From the NCBI RefSeq assembly GCF_006345805.1, contig NC_043009.1:61070001-61134000 (forward strand): 64,000 nt of DNA, written 5' to 3'. The position numbers and the translations under genes were made by a program. This document shows, in pieces, positions 1 through 14,302 of the stretch. A model generated the notes under the pieces. The model saw nothing but the letters and a program-made list of their open reading frames with translations. It searched no databases and was not told the DNA's origin. Source of the stretch: Octopus sinensis (lineage: Eukaryota). Positions within the stretch are counted from its first letter, which is position 1. Each line of letters starts with the position of its first letter.

Positions 1-722
1 GTGGTGGTGATAATGGTGATGGTAGTGGTGGTTGTGGTGGTGGTGGTTGAGGTGGTGGTGGTTGTAGTGATGGTGGTGGTGGTGGTGGTGGTGATAATGG
101 TGATGGTAGTGGTGGTTGTAGTGATGGTGGTAGTGGTGGTGATAATGGTGATGGTAGTTGTGGTTGTAGTGATGGTGGTGATAATGGTGATGGTAGTGGT
201 GGTTGTAGTGATGGTGGTAGTGGTGGTGATAATGGTGATGGTAGTGGTGGTTGTAGTCATGATGGTAGTGGTGGTGATAATGGTGATGGTAGTGGTGGTT
301 GTGGTGGTGGTGGTTGAGGTGGTGGTGGTTGTAGTGATGGTGGTGGTGGTGGTGGTGATAATGGTGATGGTAGTGGTGGTTGTAGTGATGGTGGTAGTGG
401 TGGTGATAATGGTGATGGTAGTTGTGGTTGTAGTGATGGTGGTGATAATGGTGATGGTAGTGGTGGTTGTAGTGATGGTGGTAGTGGTGGTGATAATGGT
501 GATGGTAGTGGTGGTTGTAGTGATGGTGGTGATAATGGTGATGGTAGTGGTGGTTGTAGTGATGGTGGTGGTGGAGAAGGTGGTGGTGATAATGGTGATG
601 GTAGTGGTGGTGATAATGGTGATGGCAGTGGTGGTGATAATGGTGATGGTAGTGGTGGTGTGGTGGTGGTAGTTGTAGTGATGGTGGTGATAGTGGTGGC
701 GGCGGTGGTGCTGGTGGTGGAG
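1..722. repeat. Compound (GTG/ATG/GTA)n trinucleotide repeat
   Basis: Seen directly, with a recurrent higher-order block GTGATAATGGTGATGGTAGTGGTGGTT. Confidence 0.97.
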
Positions 723-2751
723 GTAACAATTTATTTAGGTCAAAGGTAACGAAGCTGAAATATCATATGGGAACTTAGAAAGTATTTCTGTTTATATAGA
801 TGTTGATAGGAAGAAGGTGGGGGACATATCACATTCTTCTGTCTCTTGTCTTTCTTTAGTGTCCTATTTCTACGTTCAGGCTTTTATTTCATTTATTCAT
901 TTATTTATTTATTCCTTCATTTATTTTGTAAGTAGCAGCCACAGTTGTTGAAGAAAAAGTAGAGAGAGGTGACAGAGATTGCATTATGTCGGCATGTAAA
1001 CTTCATACCGATCGGTCAGGTGGTGTTTCTCTCTTGAAAATGTCAATATGTGTTACAACATCAACGTGGAGGGGAGGTGCAATGGCCCAGTGGTTAGGGC
1101 AGCAGACTTGCGATTGTAAGAACGCGGTTTCGATTCCCAGACTGGGCATTGTGAGTGTTTATTAAGCGAAAACACCAAAGCTCCACGAGGCTCTGCCATA
1201 CTCTTTCATCCCAACATTCTCTCACTCTTTCTTCTTACTTCTGCCACAAAGTCTAGATTGCGAATCCTCTGTACCCCAGGATGGTTCAGCTCTCCAACCA
1301 TTAAAAGCCACCATTTACGGAATGAGGATAACAACATGGCTTTCACGTCCTTGCGACCACCAGTCTCTCACGTGTGGTGGGTGGATCTTCAAGTTGCCAC
1401 ATGCATTCTTAGTAGCTTAGAGTAGGCTCGAATTAGAGATTATTCTTTGTGGCTAATGGCATGAGTCTTGATTGGAAGAAGAAGAAGAAGACATCAACAT
1501 GGTAAGGTAGCAAGGTGGCAGAACCATTAGCACACCTGACAAAATGCTTAGCAGCATCTCCTCCGTCTTTACATTCCAAGTTCAAATTCCCTCGTGGTCA
1601 ACTTTGCCTTTTTATCCTTCCTGGGTTGATAAAATAAGTACCAGTTGAACACTGGGGTCGATATAATTGAATTACCCCCCCCCCCCCCACCGAAATTAAT
1701 GGCACATTGGTAGAATTGTTAGCACGGTAGGCAAAATGCTTATTAGCATCTTGGTTGTCTTTACGTCCTGAGTTCAAATTCTATCATGGTCGACTTTGCT
1801 TTTCATCTTTTCTGGATCAATAAAATAAGTACCCAGGTCTTTCACCTCTCACTCACACTCTTTTATAAGATTCCCTTCACAATATCCTGTCACCTGTATT
1901 ATGGCATTGAACCTCAAGAATATGTCTTGGCTCTTGCCACCATCTATGGCTCTCTCTTCCTTTACTCAACCATCTCATTTATATTCTGATCCCTGTTCCT
2001 CGTGAGTATGCCTGGCATTTTGCCACCATCTCTATCCTGCTGCCTCCCACTCTCTCTCCTTCTCCTGCACTTCCCTCAGGTTGGGCAACTGTGTATTTTC
2101 TTTGCGGTAGCACACTTGTTTCTGTCTTCATTCCTGATCTTTCTCTCTCCAGTCAGGTAACCTTGTACTTCCTCTACAGCAAGACACCTGTATCTGTCTC
2201 ACTATAATCTTTTCATCATCACCTTCTCCAATGCCTCCTCTCCTCTTAATTTTTTTTTTATCTTGCAAGTACTTGGTGACCCTGTCAGTGCAGGTGCCAC
2301 TCTTGAAAACACCCAGTCCACACTGTAAAGTGGTTGGTGTTCAGAAGGGCGTCCAGCTGTAAAAACCCTGCCAAAACTGACCTCACCTGTGCTTATGCCA
2401 CGTAAAAAGCACTACTCACCTTGCCTGAGCCTGTGCCACAAAAAAAAAAAAAACACTAAGTCCACTCTGCTGAATGGGTTGATGTTAAGAAGGGCATCCA
2501 GCTATAAAAATTCTGCCAAAACAGTCACAGAAGTCTGGTGCAGGCTTCAGCCTGGCTAGCTCTTGTGGAACCGTTCCACCCATGGAAGATGGACATTAAA
2601 CAATGATGATGATGATGATGATGATGAGCACTGAGGTTGATGCAACTGACACACACCTCCTCCAAAATTGCTGGCCTAGAGCCAAAATCTTAAACCAATG
2701 TGTTTTACAGCAGTGTTGTCCTAGATGTGTGAGCTGTAAACTATCATGCTC

Positions 2752-2783
<32 letters not shown>

Positions 2784-2810
2784 CCAAGAACATCATCAAC
2801 AACAGCAAGT

Positions 2811-3188
2811 GGAGGCGCAATGGCCCAGTTGTTAGGGCAGTGGACTCGTGGTAGGAGGATTGCGGTTTCGATCCCCAGACCGGGCGTTGTGTGTATTTAT
2901 TGAGCGAAAATACCTTAAGCTCCACAAGGCTCCGGCAGGGGGTGGTGGCGACTCCTGTTGTACTCTTTCGCTCCAACTTTCTCTCACTCTCTCTTCCTGT
3001 TTCTTGTCCCCAACTTCCCACGCAGCTGCTGAGCCTGGATGCGCATTCATCCATCCGTCGATGCTCTCGGTGTCGCGGGTTGACCTGCTTTCTCTTCTGC
3101 GGGTCTTACGAATAGCAAAGGACCACGTTTCGGACTTCCTCCCACTACAGCTGGGACGAAGACTGCTTCGCTCAACAAACAAACAAAT
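2811..3188 (+). mobile_element. tRNA-derived SINE, family A (related heads at about 1073 and 40361-40755)
   Basis: A-box-like TGGCCCAGTTGTTAGG and B-box-like GGTTTCGATCCC; (AAAC)n tail. The copies share the head but differ in the 3' part. Confidence 0.8.
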
Positions 3189-3478
3189 GAACAATCAACA
3201 ATAGCAACAATTGTAACTGTTTCTAATTTACACAAAAGCCCAGCAATTTTGGTGGGAGAGGACGCTTTTGAGGGGAGAGGACTAGTTGGTCACTTCAACT
3301 TCCAGTTCTTAACTGGCGTTTATTGACCTTGTAAGGGTGACAGGCAAAGTCAACCTCGATGGAATTTTGAACTCAGAATGTAAAGATGGAAGAAATGCCA
3401 CTAAGCATTTTGTCTGGTGGGCTGATTCCACCAGTTTGTCACCTTCTGTCATAATATTAATTAGGAGTGGCTGTGTAT

Positions 3479-3829
3479 GGGTGCAGGAATGGCTGTGTGG
3501 TAAGTAGCTTGCTTACCAACCACATGGTTCTGGGTTCAGTCCCACTGCGTGGCACCTTGAGCAAGTGTTTTCTACTATAGCCTTGGGCTGACCAAAGCCT
3601 TGTGAGTGGATTTAGTAGACGGAAACTGAAAGAAGCCCATCATATATATATGTATATAGTCATGAAATGCGCGTAGTCAATTTAATGTTTATTTAATTTA
3701 GTGATTTTTAGAATATTATTTATTATAATATATTTAAATTCTTTCTATATGATTTATTATAGATAATATCTTTCACTATCAATTGAATTACTTAACAGGT
3801 TTTTTCTCTCTTCCTTATATACATATGTA

Positions 3830-3895
<66 letters not shown>

Positions 3896-4106
3896 TGTAT
3901 GTATGTTTGTGTGTGTGTGTTTGTCCCCCAACATCGCTTGACAACCGATACTGGTGTGTTTACGTCCCCGTAACTTAGCAGTTCAGCAAAAGAGAATGAT
4001 AGAATAAGTACTAGGCTTACAAAGAATAAGTCCTGGGGTTGATTTCTTCGACTAAAGGTAGTGCTCCAGCATGGCCACAGTCAAATGACTGAAACAAGTA
4101 AAAGAG
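3479..4106 (+). mobile_element. tRNA/CORE-type SINE with internal (TA)/(TG) microsatellite, family B (other copies near 4295, 6212, 6840, 27590, 30888, 37460, 38440, 45605, 49640, 52495)
   Basis: Head GGCTGTGTGGTAAG...GGTTCAGTCCC, CORE-like ACCTTGGGCAAGTG, and the recurrent 3' block ending GACTGAAACAAGTAAAAGAG. Confidence 0.8.
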
Positions 4107-4836
4107 ATTAAAAGAGATATCAATGAAATTTTTTCATGTTTGCAATCAGGATGACAGACGAGAAGAACAAAAAGATATAAATTATGAGAGCTTAAGTAGA
4201 ATCAGGTGTTTAAAAAAATAAAAAATAATGCAAAAGAATAATATATATAAATAAATAATAAAAAAAAAACATGAAGTGATATACGTGGTATTACTCTCTT
4301 TTTACTCTTTTACTTGTTTCAGTCATTTGACTGCGGCCATGCTGGAGCACCACCTTTTAGTCGAGCAACTCGACCCCGGGACTTATTCTTTTGTAAGCCC
4401 AGTACTTATTCTATTGGTCCCTTTTGCCGAACCGCTAAGTGACGGGGACGTAAACACACCAGCATCGGTTGTCAAGCGATGCTGGGGGGACAAACACAGA
4501 CACACACACATATATATATACATATATACGACGGGTAGTTTCCGTCTACCAAATCCACTCACAAGGCTTTGGTCAGCCCGAGGCTATAGTAGAAGACACT
4601 TGCCCAAGGTGCCACAAGGCCTGAAATTTTGGGGGAGGGGGCCAGTCGATTAGATCAACCCCAGTATGCAACTGGTACTTAATTTATTGACTCCGAAAGA
4701 ATGAAAGGCAAAGTCGACCTTGGTGGAATTTGAACTCTGAACTTAAAGACAGATGAAATACTGCTAAGCATTTCACCCGGCATGCTAACGTTTCTGCCAG
4801 CTCGCTGCCTTACATGGTATACAACATCAAAAAAAG

Positions 4837-4852
4837 ATGATGGAGATGATGG

Positions 4853-4883
<31 letters not shown>

Positions 4884-4963
4884 GAGGAAGAGGATGATGA
4901 TGACGATGACGACAATGATGATGATGATGATGATGTTGATGATGGTGATGATGATGATGATGA

Positions 4964-5008
<45 letters not shown>

Positions 5009-5082
5009 GTGATGATGATGATGATGATGATGGTGATGATGTTGATGATGATGATGATGTTGATGATGATGATGATGATGAT
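4837..5082. repeat. (GAT)n microsatellite
   Basis: Seen directly. Confidence 0.97.
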
Positions 5083-5132
5083 AAAAGTTACCAGAATCAT
5101 CGATGGAGATTCAAAAGCAACATGTCCTGGAA

Positions 5133-5223
5133 AATAAAAATAAGAAATAAGTGAAAATTTTACCGGTGAGTGTGTTACATTATACGGCACAAAAAAAAAT
5201 TGATTCTCCCCAGACACAACAGA
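5133..5223. mobile_element. Single-arm copy of the 32344-32653 family
   Basis: Matches 32563-32654 and is flanked by the 11-bp direct repeat ATGTCCTGGAA (5122, 5224). Confidence 0.65.
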
Positions 5224-6391
5224 ATGTCCTGGAAGAGGAAGCAGAAAAGACAGCCTAGGGTTCAGAACAGTAGAGAAATGTTGTCAATGGCCCTAGGTTC
5301 CATAGGGAACAAAGGGCTTAACTCGTTGGCACTTAAACTGGCCACATCTGGCCCAAATATTTTATGTGTTTTATGTTCAAAGCAGCTAGCTCTGGCCTCT
5401 CACACCTACCATACAATGTCATTCTAAGAACATGCAATCATATTATTGAAATCTCAAAGCTACAAGATAATATGTAATTGATTGAAAACAGTAAGTACTA
5501 CAATAGATAAGATACTACAAAGTAATCTGAATGCTAAAGAGTTAAAGTAAGTATTATGCTTGGTTGATACTTTATTTAATCAATTCCAGAAGGATAAAAA
5601 CCAAAGTTAATGGGATTGAAATCAGGATGTAAAGAACAGGAACAGATGCCGCAAGGCATTTTGCCTAATGATCTGGTAAAATTACCATTCTGCCATCTTA
5701 GTAATTAGAAATCCCACAATTAGAGCAGAAACGTTTTACCTTTCACCTATCTGCCATTTGATTAGTAAACCTTTGGGAATAGATAAGATTTTGTTATTGT
5801 TGTTGTATAGCTTCTTATACAATATAGTTCAGTGGTTAGAGTGTCAGGCCCACAATCATGAGGTAGTGAGTTTGATTCCTGGACCAGACTGTATTGTGTT
5901 CTTCAGCAAGACACTTTATTACATGTTGTTACAGTTCTCTTAGCTGTAGAAATGAGTTGTGACATCACTGGTACCGAGCTGTACTGGCTTTTGCCTTTCC
6001 CTTGGATAACATCGGTGGCGTGGAAAGGGGAGGTATGCATGGGTGACTGTTGGTCTTCCATAAACAACCTTGCCCGGACTTGTGCCTCAGAGGGTAATTT
6101 TCTCGGTGCAATCCCATGGTCATTCATGACCGGAGGGAATCTTTACCTTTTAATAGCTCCTTATGTAAAAACTGATACAGTAGAGTTATAATCAAAGAAA
6201 GATATTTCAATAGGTGCAGGAGTGGCTGTGAGGTAAGAAGCTTGCTTCCCAACCACATGGTTCCGGGTTCAGTCCCACTGCATGGCACCTTGGGCAAGTG
6301 TCTTCTTCTATAGCTTCAGGCCGACCAAAACCTTGTGAGTGGATTTGGTAGATGTAAACTGAAAGAAGTCCGTCGTATATATATATGTGCA

Positions 6392-6423
<32 letters not shown>

Positions 6424-7414
6424 TGTGTGTTTGTGTCTGTGTTTGTGCCCCCACCACCACCATTGACAACCGATGTTGACATGCTTATGTCCCTGAAACT
6501 TAGCGGTTCAGCAAAATAGACCGATAGAATATGTACTAGGCTTACAAAGAATAAATCTTGGGTTTCATTTCTTCGACTAAAGGTGGAGCTCCAGCATGGC
6601 CGCAATCAAATGACTGAAACGGGTAAAAGAGTAATTCGTTTAAATTATTTCAGCAGTAAAATTACTGCAAATTGTAATATATAAACATTGGTTGCTTCCC
6701 AACCAGGTGGTCTCAGGTTCAGTCTCACTGCATGGCACCCTGGGTAAGTGACTTCTACTACAGCCCTAGGCCAATGAAAGCCTTGTAGGTAGAAACTGAA
6801 AGAAGTTTGTTGTATGTGTGTGTGTGTGTGTGTATGTTCTCTTTGTTACTTTTTTACTTGTTTCAGCTTTTAGTCAAGCAAATCGACCCCAGGACTTATT
6901 CTTTGTAAGCCCAGTACTTATTCTATTGGTCTCTTTTGCCGAGTCGCTAAGTTACAGGGATGTAAACACACCAGCATAGGTTGTCAATCGATGTTGGGGG
7001 AACAAACACAGACACACAAACATATACACACGCACATACATATATACGACAGGCTTCTTTTAGTTTCCGTCTACCAAATCCACTCACAAGGCTTTGGTCG
7101 GCCCGAGGTTATAGTAGAAGACACTTGCCCAAGGTGCCACGCAGTGGGACTGAACCCAGAACCATGTGGTTGGTAAGCAAGCTACTTACCACACAGCCAC
7201 ACCTGTGCCTTTGTGTATCTTTGTTGTGACACATTATGTGATGTTTGTAAATGAGCTCACTTTATTCACTTCCGGTCTACCATGAAAAACATGCCCCTAC
7301 CTAGCTTGGAGGCAGATAAGAGTTGGCAACAGGAAGGGCATCTGGCTGTAGAAAACCTGCCTCAGCAAATTCTGTCTGGCCCCTCTGCAAGCATGGAAAA
7401 GTGGACAATGATGT

Positions 7415-7463
<49 letters not shown>

Positions 7464-8399
7464 ACAGACAAAGCAGAGAATAAAATATCTATGACTAAGG
7501 CTCTGTGACAAAAAAAAATCCCCTACCTGCCCAAAATGGAGGTGATAACAAGGGTTGTTGTGATTTTTATAATAGAAATAACAAAATAACAGCACCCCCC
7601 ACCACACATACACACACACGTACATGCGAACAACCATCGTGCCTTTTATTCAGGTAGAATGTATTTATAACTAAAATACCCAACGTGTACTGTCTATATG
7701 TCACTGTTTAAGCTACAATTCAGCCCTTATTCAGCAGACAAATAAAGATATTCCAGCTGCAGGATATCCTTTTTATTTTTATTTAGACATAGTGTATCTA
7801 GGGCTATGTTATGCAATGTGTCTGTTTATATTTAAAGTAGTAAAGTTCACTTTGGTGGAGATTAAACAGTTATTTTTATTAGGTCAAGTAACTCTCTGGT
7901 GACACCCATTAAAATTTTCTGTTATAAGTTGGGTGTTGCTACAATAGCTTTAAAAGTATATATACATGCTTTAAAAAAGTGAATGAACGATCTAAAAGGA
8001 GTTGAGAGTTAGAGGTGAGAAGAACTTAAGGACGTGGGTCCCGCTAGCTGAGAAGAGCAGAGACTGTAGTAGTAGACGTGAGGGAAGAGATAGAGAGCGG
8101 ATACAGTACGGCTGGGCATCAGAGGTTGCACTGATGAATGAATATTTGTCTTCTGTGGCGAGAGGCGTCTTTATTTTTGTATGTTGGAAGGGAGGTTAGC
8201 GTAATAGACTGACAGACTGGCTGTACAAGTGTGATGTGTTTGTGTGCGTAAGAGAAGGAGGGAGGGAGAGAGAGGTGTGAGCGACCACTTTCCTGCCTGT
8301 AGAATTACTTTAACACCCATAAAAACCTGAAATAAGACCTCTACAATTACTACCACTTATATTACTTCTACTGTTGCCACTGCCCTTCGCTTTTCTGGG

Positions 8400-9220
8400 C
8401 CTTTTCTACTTTGGATGGGCGGCGAAAGAATCGTTTGACCTTAGTGGAATTTGACCTAGATGACATGTTTAAACAAGTTTGTTAGGCGGGGCGTCATTTT
8501 TATTGTATCAGGTTTAAAGTAGCAACGCGCACACCCACAAAGAATACATTACAATTTTACCTTTTAATTTAAAAATGAAAATCTAAAAAAAGAGGATCTC
8601 GATGCGAAAATCTAGGCATTAAAATAAAATAAAGTCTGAAGATATTATATCATTAAGAGCTCCAATTTTTTACTTTATTATTATTATTATTATTATTATT
8701 ATAAATGATGTTACATAGTTGAAGACCGGGTCTTCGGATCTTCCTATGTGACATTTCGTGGGATTTTACTAAATTTCCTCCGAGCTTTTTCCCTTTAACT
8801 TTAAGTAGGAAGATGAGAGGTAAAAACCTGTATTATTTTAAGGTCGTAAATATGAAGATATTGTAAAAGGGATCGTGTAAATCTATTGTTATTTATATTT
8901 CCCATAAGTTAAAAGGAGAATACAAGTGCAAGTTGGAAGCAAATGTAATACGAAAGTACAACTGATAACGTGTTAGCTCTGCAGGTGCGAAACGAGAGAG
9001 TTACTCAATCACATGGGAGTCGAGCAAATCTATTTATTAACTGTTGGGGACAGTCAACACAAATAAAGACAGTTCAACTAAACCTTCTCCTTGGTAATTC
9101 ATGAATCGAGGCCCCTATTTTTATTCTTTATTTATCTGTTTTACTTCCAGCGTGTATGAATTACTCTAGTTTATCCTGGTGGTTCGGTGTTTGGGTGTGA
9201 AAGTTCGGCTCTCGCGTACA
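8400..9220 (+). promoter_or_regulatory. Probable HECTD3 promoter / 5' UTR region
   Basis: Repeat-poor, CpG-retaining unique sequence with GC boxes (GGGCGG near 8416, GGCGGGGC near 8485). A candidate acceptor TTACTTCCAG at 9150 suggests an upstream non-coding exon. Confidence 0.5.
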
Positions 9221-9526
9221 ATGGCAGACGGCCTGAGCAGCTTGTTGGCCCGCATCCGCTGCTTGAATACATGTATCCAATGTCTCAGACAAACCCGTCC
9301 CTTGCCCGACAGCCTGTGTTATGTTCCCAGCCAGCTGGAGTACAGGTGTGTACGGTCAAGAATCGTTGACAATGACAAGAGTCCATTCTGTTCGGTGGAC
9401 ATTTATACCAAACCAGACCTCAATAGTGACAAACTTCCTTTCTCGGAAGAACTTCTTCTTTCTCGTGTTGTCGCCTCTGGTCTCGAGTTTTGCAACTCTC
9501 AAGGAAGGTGGATTAAAGTTTTAAAG
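9221..9526 (+). CDS. HECTD3: HECTD3-like E3 ubiquitin ligase, coding exon 1
   Basis: ATG at 9221. Translates MADGLSSLLARIRCL...RPLPDSLCYVP...GLEFCNSQGRWIKVLK, resembling the HECTD3 N-terminus as I recall it (RPLPAALAFVP...GEELCNGHGLWVKLTK). 306 nt, ends AAG|GTATTT, phase 0. Confidence 0.92.
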
Positions 9527-11039
9527 GTATTTATTAATTAGAATCTCTCTCCCCCACCCCTTCTCTTTCTTTATCTCATATACATATAATCCGCAAACCG
9601 AATAAGTGTGTGTACTTTCAGAGGTTGATTCAAACGTTTCAGCTGGACCCGTCTTTCTCGGCCCTGCTCGAAGCATTAGAATCAATCTCTGCTAAGGGCA
9701 CATGCACATTTGTTTTAGGAATTGCATTAACTATGTTTTTGTCGACCAAAACCATGTCTGGTTTCCTGGGACTGGAATTATTTTTTTTTTTTGAAAATAT
9801 ATATTTGATATACACATTTGTCATATATACGTTTACATTTTCAGTTTGTAAATAATCTTTTAACTCTTTCTACCAATCTGAAATCGAAATGTTTTTATTT
9901 CGAGGTAAGTATGTAAAATATTTTAAAAAATCATCAAACAGTCGCAGTTTGGATGTCAGTCTCGCGACAGTAGTTCGTGACCCACCACAGGTACTCTGCT
10001 GTGTCTGGATATGATTTAATTCGTCGTACCCTGTAGTAAATCGATATGATGGGAGGTGCGATCAGCACCTATAATCCGGTACAGTTAGAAAACGTGTCCG
10101 TACAGTACATTGCGTGGTGTTGTAGTTGTATGAGTATGTGGAAAGCATATGTGGGAGGATGGCAGCATGGGCATGTTGTGTGGGGTTGTGGAGTGGGGGT
10201 CTGATTTGTCGTGTGACAGTCTAGGCATGTGGTAGTGTAAATGCAACCGGCTGAATGGACATGGTGTGTGGATTCTTGGCATGTGGTATGGTAATGTAGT
10301 GTAACAGTCTTGATATGTTAAGTGGTATGGTTGTTTAGTGTGGCATTCAGGGCACAACTTGTGTGGTCATGTACAGTAAGACTGGTAAGGTTTTATGGTT
10401 GTAGATGTGTTGCAAATTGGGTATGTTTTTTTTTTGATGGAGTAGTGTGTAATAAGATAGACTGAGCATGTGGTGTTGTTGTCTATATATGGTGTAGTGA
10501 TACTGTGTAGCAGTCTGGACATGTGGTAGTCCAGGTATGTCATGTGATTGGCATAGTAGGGTGGTCTCTGGGTATGCTGTGTAATGATTTGATTGCAATG
10601 TAGCAACCTGGGAATTTAATGTGGTAGAGTGATGTAAAGGCTTCAGCATGTGTAATGTGATGTGGTGGTGTAGAATGGCAGTCTCAGCATGTGCTGTTGT
10701 AGTGGACAGTTGGCATGTTGTATGATGTGGTCATGTAATGCAGGGGTTTTTTTTGCTCTAGAAACCACCTCAAAGAAGGACCATAGGCCACTTTTAGTAT
10801 AAGGGAAAGAACTAATAAAAGATGGCAATAAAATAATTGATGAATATTAATGTATGAATTGATAAAATTTTTTAAATGACAGTAACTACCAACATTAGTT
10901 ACCTGAACTTATTGAGATCAATATCATATTGTGCAGAAGACAAAGGTTGTTCTTGAATTCAGGTGTTCTAGCAAAAATTTTTATGCATGCAGCTTCCAAT
11001 ATGTCTGTGACATATCCTTCAAGCATAGATGCAGTTATG

Positions 11040-11290
11040 TGGAAGCGCATGGCTTAGTGGTTAGGGTGTCAGCAGCACGATTGTAAGGTTGTGGTTTTGA
11101 TTCTTGGACCGAACGACGCGTTGTGTTCTTGAGCAAAACACTTCATTTCACATTGCTCCAGTCCACTCAGCTGGCAGAAATGAGTAACGCTGCAATGGAC
11201 TGGCGTCCCGTCCAGCTGGGGAACACATACGCCATTGAACCCGGGCCCATGAGCCTTGCTAAGCTTTATTTAAAAGGGCACATTTATTTT
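11040..11290 (+). mobile_element. tRNA-derived SINE family D (other copies near 5820, 14815, 53850 minus, 54860)
   Basis: GCGCATGGCTTAGTGGTTAGGG...GGTTTTGATTC head with a TGTGTTCTTGAGCAAAACAC core. Confidence 0.75.
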
Positions 11291-11929
11291 ATTTATAGAT
11301 GCAGTTTGCTAAATTTGCCAAAGTGAATTCTGATGGGAAATTTCTAGATTGGTAGAATCAGGGAACAAAGCTCATCAGAAAGTAAGATTTTATCAATGTT
11401 AGAGTAACTGGATTGACAAAAGAAGCTCATTACCAACTAGGCTCTCCAAGACAGTACTGCAAGTTACCAAGAATAGACAGTTCTGCATTGTTGGTGGATC
11501 TAGCTCTTGTAGAGATCCAATAGAGCTTCAGTTACAAATATTCCTGAACAATAGACTAAAATCATCATTCTGGCTACCACATAATACAGGAAATTAGGAA
11601 ACTCAGCTGAAATTAAATGTGAATCATCATCATCATCGTTTAACATCCGCTTTCCATGCTTGCATGGATTGGACGATTTGACTGAAGACTGGCGAAGCAG
11701 ATGGCTGCACCAGACTCCAATCTTGATCTGGCAGAGTTTCTACAGCTGGATGCCCTTCCTAACACCAACCACTCTGAGAGGGTAGTGGGTGCTTTTACAT
11801 GCCACTGGCACGAGGGCCAGTCAGGCAGTACTGGCAACAGACACGCTCAAATGGTGCTTTTTATGTGCCACCTGCAGAGGAGCCAATCCAGCGGCACTGG
11901 CAACGACCTCGCTCATAAAACTTAATAAT

Positions 11930-12250
11930 TTCTCCAAACGAAGAGACTCTTATTTCAATGGATACCAATCCAGTCCATTGAAAAATCCCAGAATTTCTCA
12001 GTTGTAGTAGAAACATACTAGGTTATTTTTGGAAGATCCCTGGGGTACATCTGCAAGGATTTTATCAATATCAGAGAACTGACTTTTGACAGCAACTTTC
12101 TGACTTCTTCTGGTCAGGAATGAGTTGTCAATGGAAGAAGCAAAATGCCTACCAGATATGCTGTGGAACCATTCTTTATGCAATTCCTTAGCAAATATTT
12201 TGGAAACATCTATGGCAATAACATAAGCATCAAAGCTGCTTTCCAGTGAA
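11930..12250 (-). mobile_element. CR1/Jockey-like LINE reverse transcriptase fragment
   Basis: IAIDVSKIF...SFLTRRSQKVAV...ADVPQGS corresponds to RT motifs 3-4. Truncated by a TTAA MITE at about 12255. Confidence 0.7.
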
Positions 12251-14045
12251 CCACTTAACCCTTTTGTTAACATATTTCTGTTAAGATATATTGTCTTTGT
12301 TTCAATCCAGTTTTTCAAAATAAGAAAGAATTTAGTAAAATAACTTTCTTTATCAAGCTGGTCATTAAATTCAATGTAAATTAACAAGGAATTTTGAAAG
12401 AGTGCTTTAATTTAGATCACTTAAAACAGAAAGAATCTATCATAGAACCAAGTGTGGTCTCAGCCAAGGTGAACTCAAAAGGATCAAGAGTCATGACTAT
12501 TTCAGGAAGACCAAAAATGGAACTGCTTGTTGCTAAAGAGATTGGCTTCAGTCAAGTGGTCTAATGGCCTGCTTTTGATGTTCAATAAGCTAGCGGAATT
12601 ATTTTGAGATGGTGAATAATGGTCACCAAATTTCTTGAAAATTTGATGAGGCAATGATTGAATTTTGCTAGAATTGACATTAACTCAGGGAATCAGTTTT
12701 TTAACACATGGATTGGAATTTGGCCTGAGCCAGTTGCTTTTGAAGGATGAAGATCATATGTAAGTTTGGAAACTGCTCTGAAAAGTTAGAAATAAAGCAG
12801 TTAGTTTGATGAGAATATAATCTGGCAATCTAGGCATATTGTGGGGTGTAGTTGTGTCACAATCTGGGAACATGGTGTAGCAGTGTGCCGTGGGTGTTTG
12901 GGCCTATTAGAGGTAGTTAGTGTAGTGTATCAATCTGGGTATTGTTGTATGGTGTGTGTGGCTGTGTAATGCAGCAGTCTTGTTATGTGGTGTGGTTGTG
13001 TATTTTGACAGTGGAAGCATGTAGTGTGGCTGCCTGGACTTAATGTGTTGCACGACACAAAATGTCCAGGTGTGGATGGTAGTAAGGCAGCGAGCTGGCA
13101 GAAGCGTTAGCACACCGGGCGAAATGCTTAGCGGTATTTCGTCTGCCGCTACATTCTGAGTTCAAATTCTGCCGAGGTCGACTTTGCTTTTCATCCTTTC
13201 AGGGTTGATTAAATAAGTACCAGTTGTGCACTGGGGTCGATATAATCAACTTAATCCATGTGTCTGTCCTTGTTTGTCCTCTCTGTGTTTAGCTCCTTGT
13301 GGGTAGTAAAGAAATAGGTATTTCATCTGTCTTTACCTTCTGAGTTCAAATTCCGCTGAGGTCGACTTTGCCTTTCATCCTTTCGGGGTCGATTAAATAA
13401 GTACCAGTTACTCACTGGGGTCGATATAATCGACTTAATCCGGTTGTCTGTCCTTGTTTGTCCTCTGTGTTTAGCTCCTTGTGGGTAGTAAAAAATAGGT
13501 AGTATGGCAGTCTGGATATGTTGAGGTAATGTATTGTGAGAACCTGGACAAGTGGTTAGGTAATGTTATGTGACAGTCTGAGCGTGTTGCGTAATAGGCT
13601 TCATGTGTTTTTGTGAAGTGTAGTCATCATGTGTGCTGGTGTTGTGGAGTTGAATTTAAGTGGACGTGTGTTGTATGGAGTAGGATGCATATGTGCTGGT
13701 GTTATGTGGTATAAGAGGATATGTGCTGAAGTGTGGAGTGGGGTGGACATTTGTGCTGGTGTAGGGTGACTGTCAATAACTTTATTTCAGTGTGTTGCTG
13801 TATTGAAGGACCCAACTGGTTTAAGATTCATATTTTTCCAGAGGACATTGAGAGTAAACTATGTAACTTCATCCAGGATTTGAAACACAACTTGAGGACT
13901 TGTTACAACACACACTCTCCCACCACTTATGTAATCAAGCTGTCCTTTCCATTCTTTTTCACTGTCTTTTATATACAGTATTTCTTGATATAATAGTTAA
14001 TGTTATCAGTCAATACATTAACTCTAATAACTGTTTTATCCAGAA

Positions 14046-14302
14046 CAAAGGTCCTCAACTGAGGTCCCTATGACCCTTGGTGGTCCTTATAAGATTTTGT
14101 TGTTAAAATCTATCTACAATAAATTGGTTATACTTCTTCAACACGCAAAATATTTTAACAATAATTTTTATACAATTCCTAATAATATTTACTAATAAAA
14201 ATATAATCTGATTTTTTTAGACATCGAATTGCTAGTAGGGGTCCATGTGGGTAAAATAGAAAACAACGGAGTCCAAAGGTAACAAGTGACTGAGAAACAC
14301 TG
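14046..14302. mobile_element. hAT (Charlie-like) MITE
   Basis: Degenerate TIRs CAAAGGTCCTCAAC / CTGAGAAACACTG with 8-bp flanks ATCCAGAA / GTCTAGAC, matching the NTCTAGAN target preference. Confidence 0.6.

Noticed and set aside
1-672. 223-aa Val/Met-rich ORF
   Set aside because: Translation of a trinucleotide repeat that lacks stops by composition.
2811-2885. tRNA-like sequences (also near 11040, 14815, 40361)
   Set aside because: These are SINE heads that continue into SINE bodies, and no complete cloverleaf was evident.
4782-5217. Poly-Asp/His/Ile/Met ORFs (also 59051-59435)
   Set aside because: Microsatellite translations.
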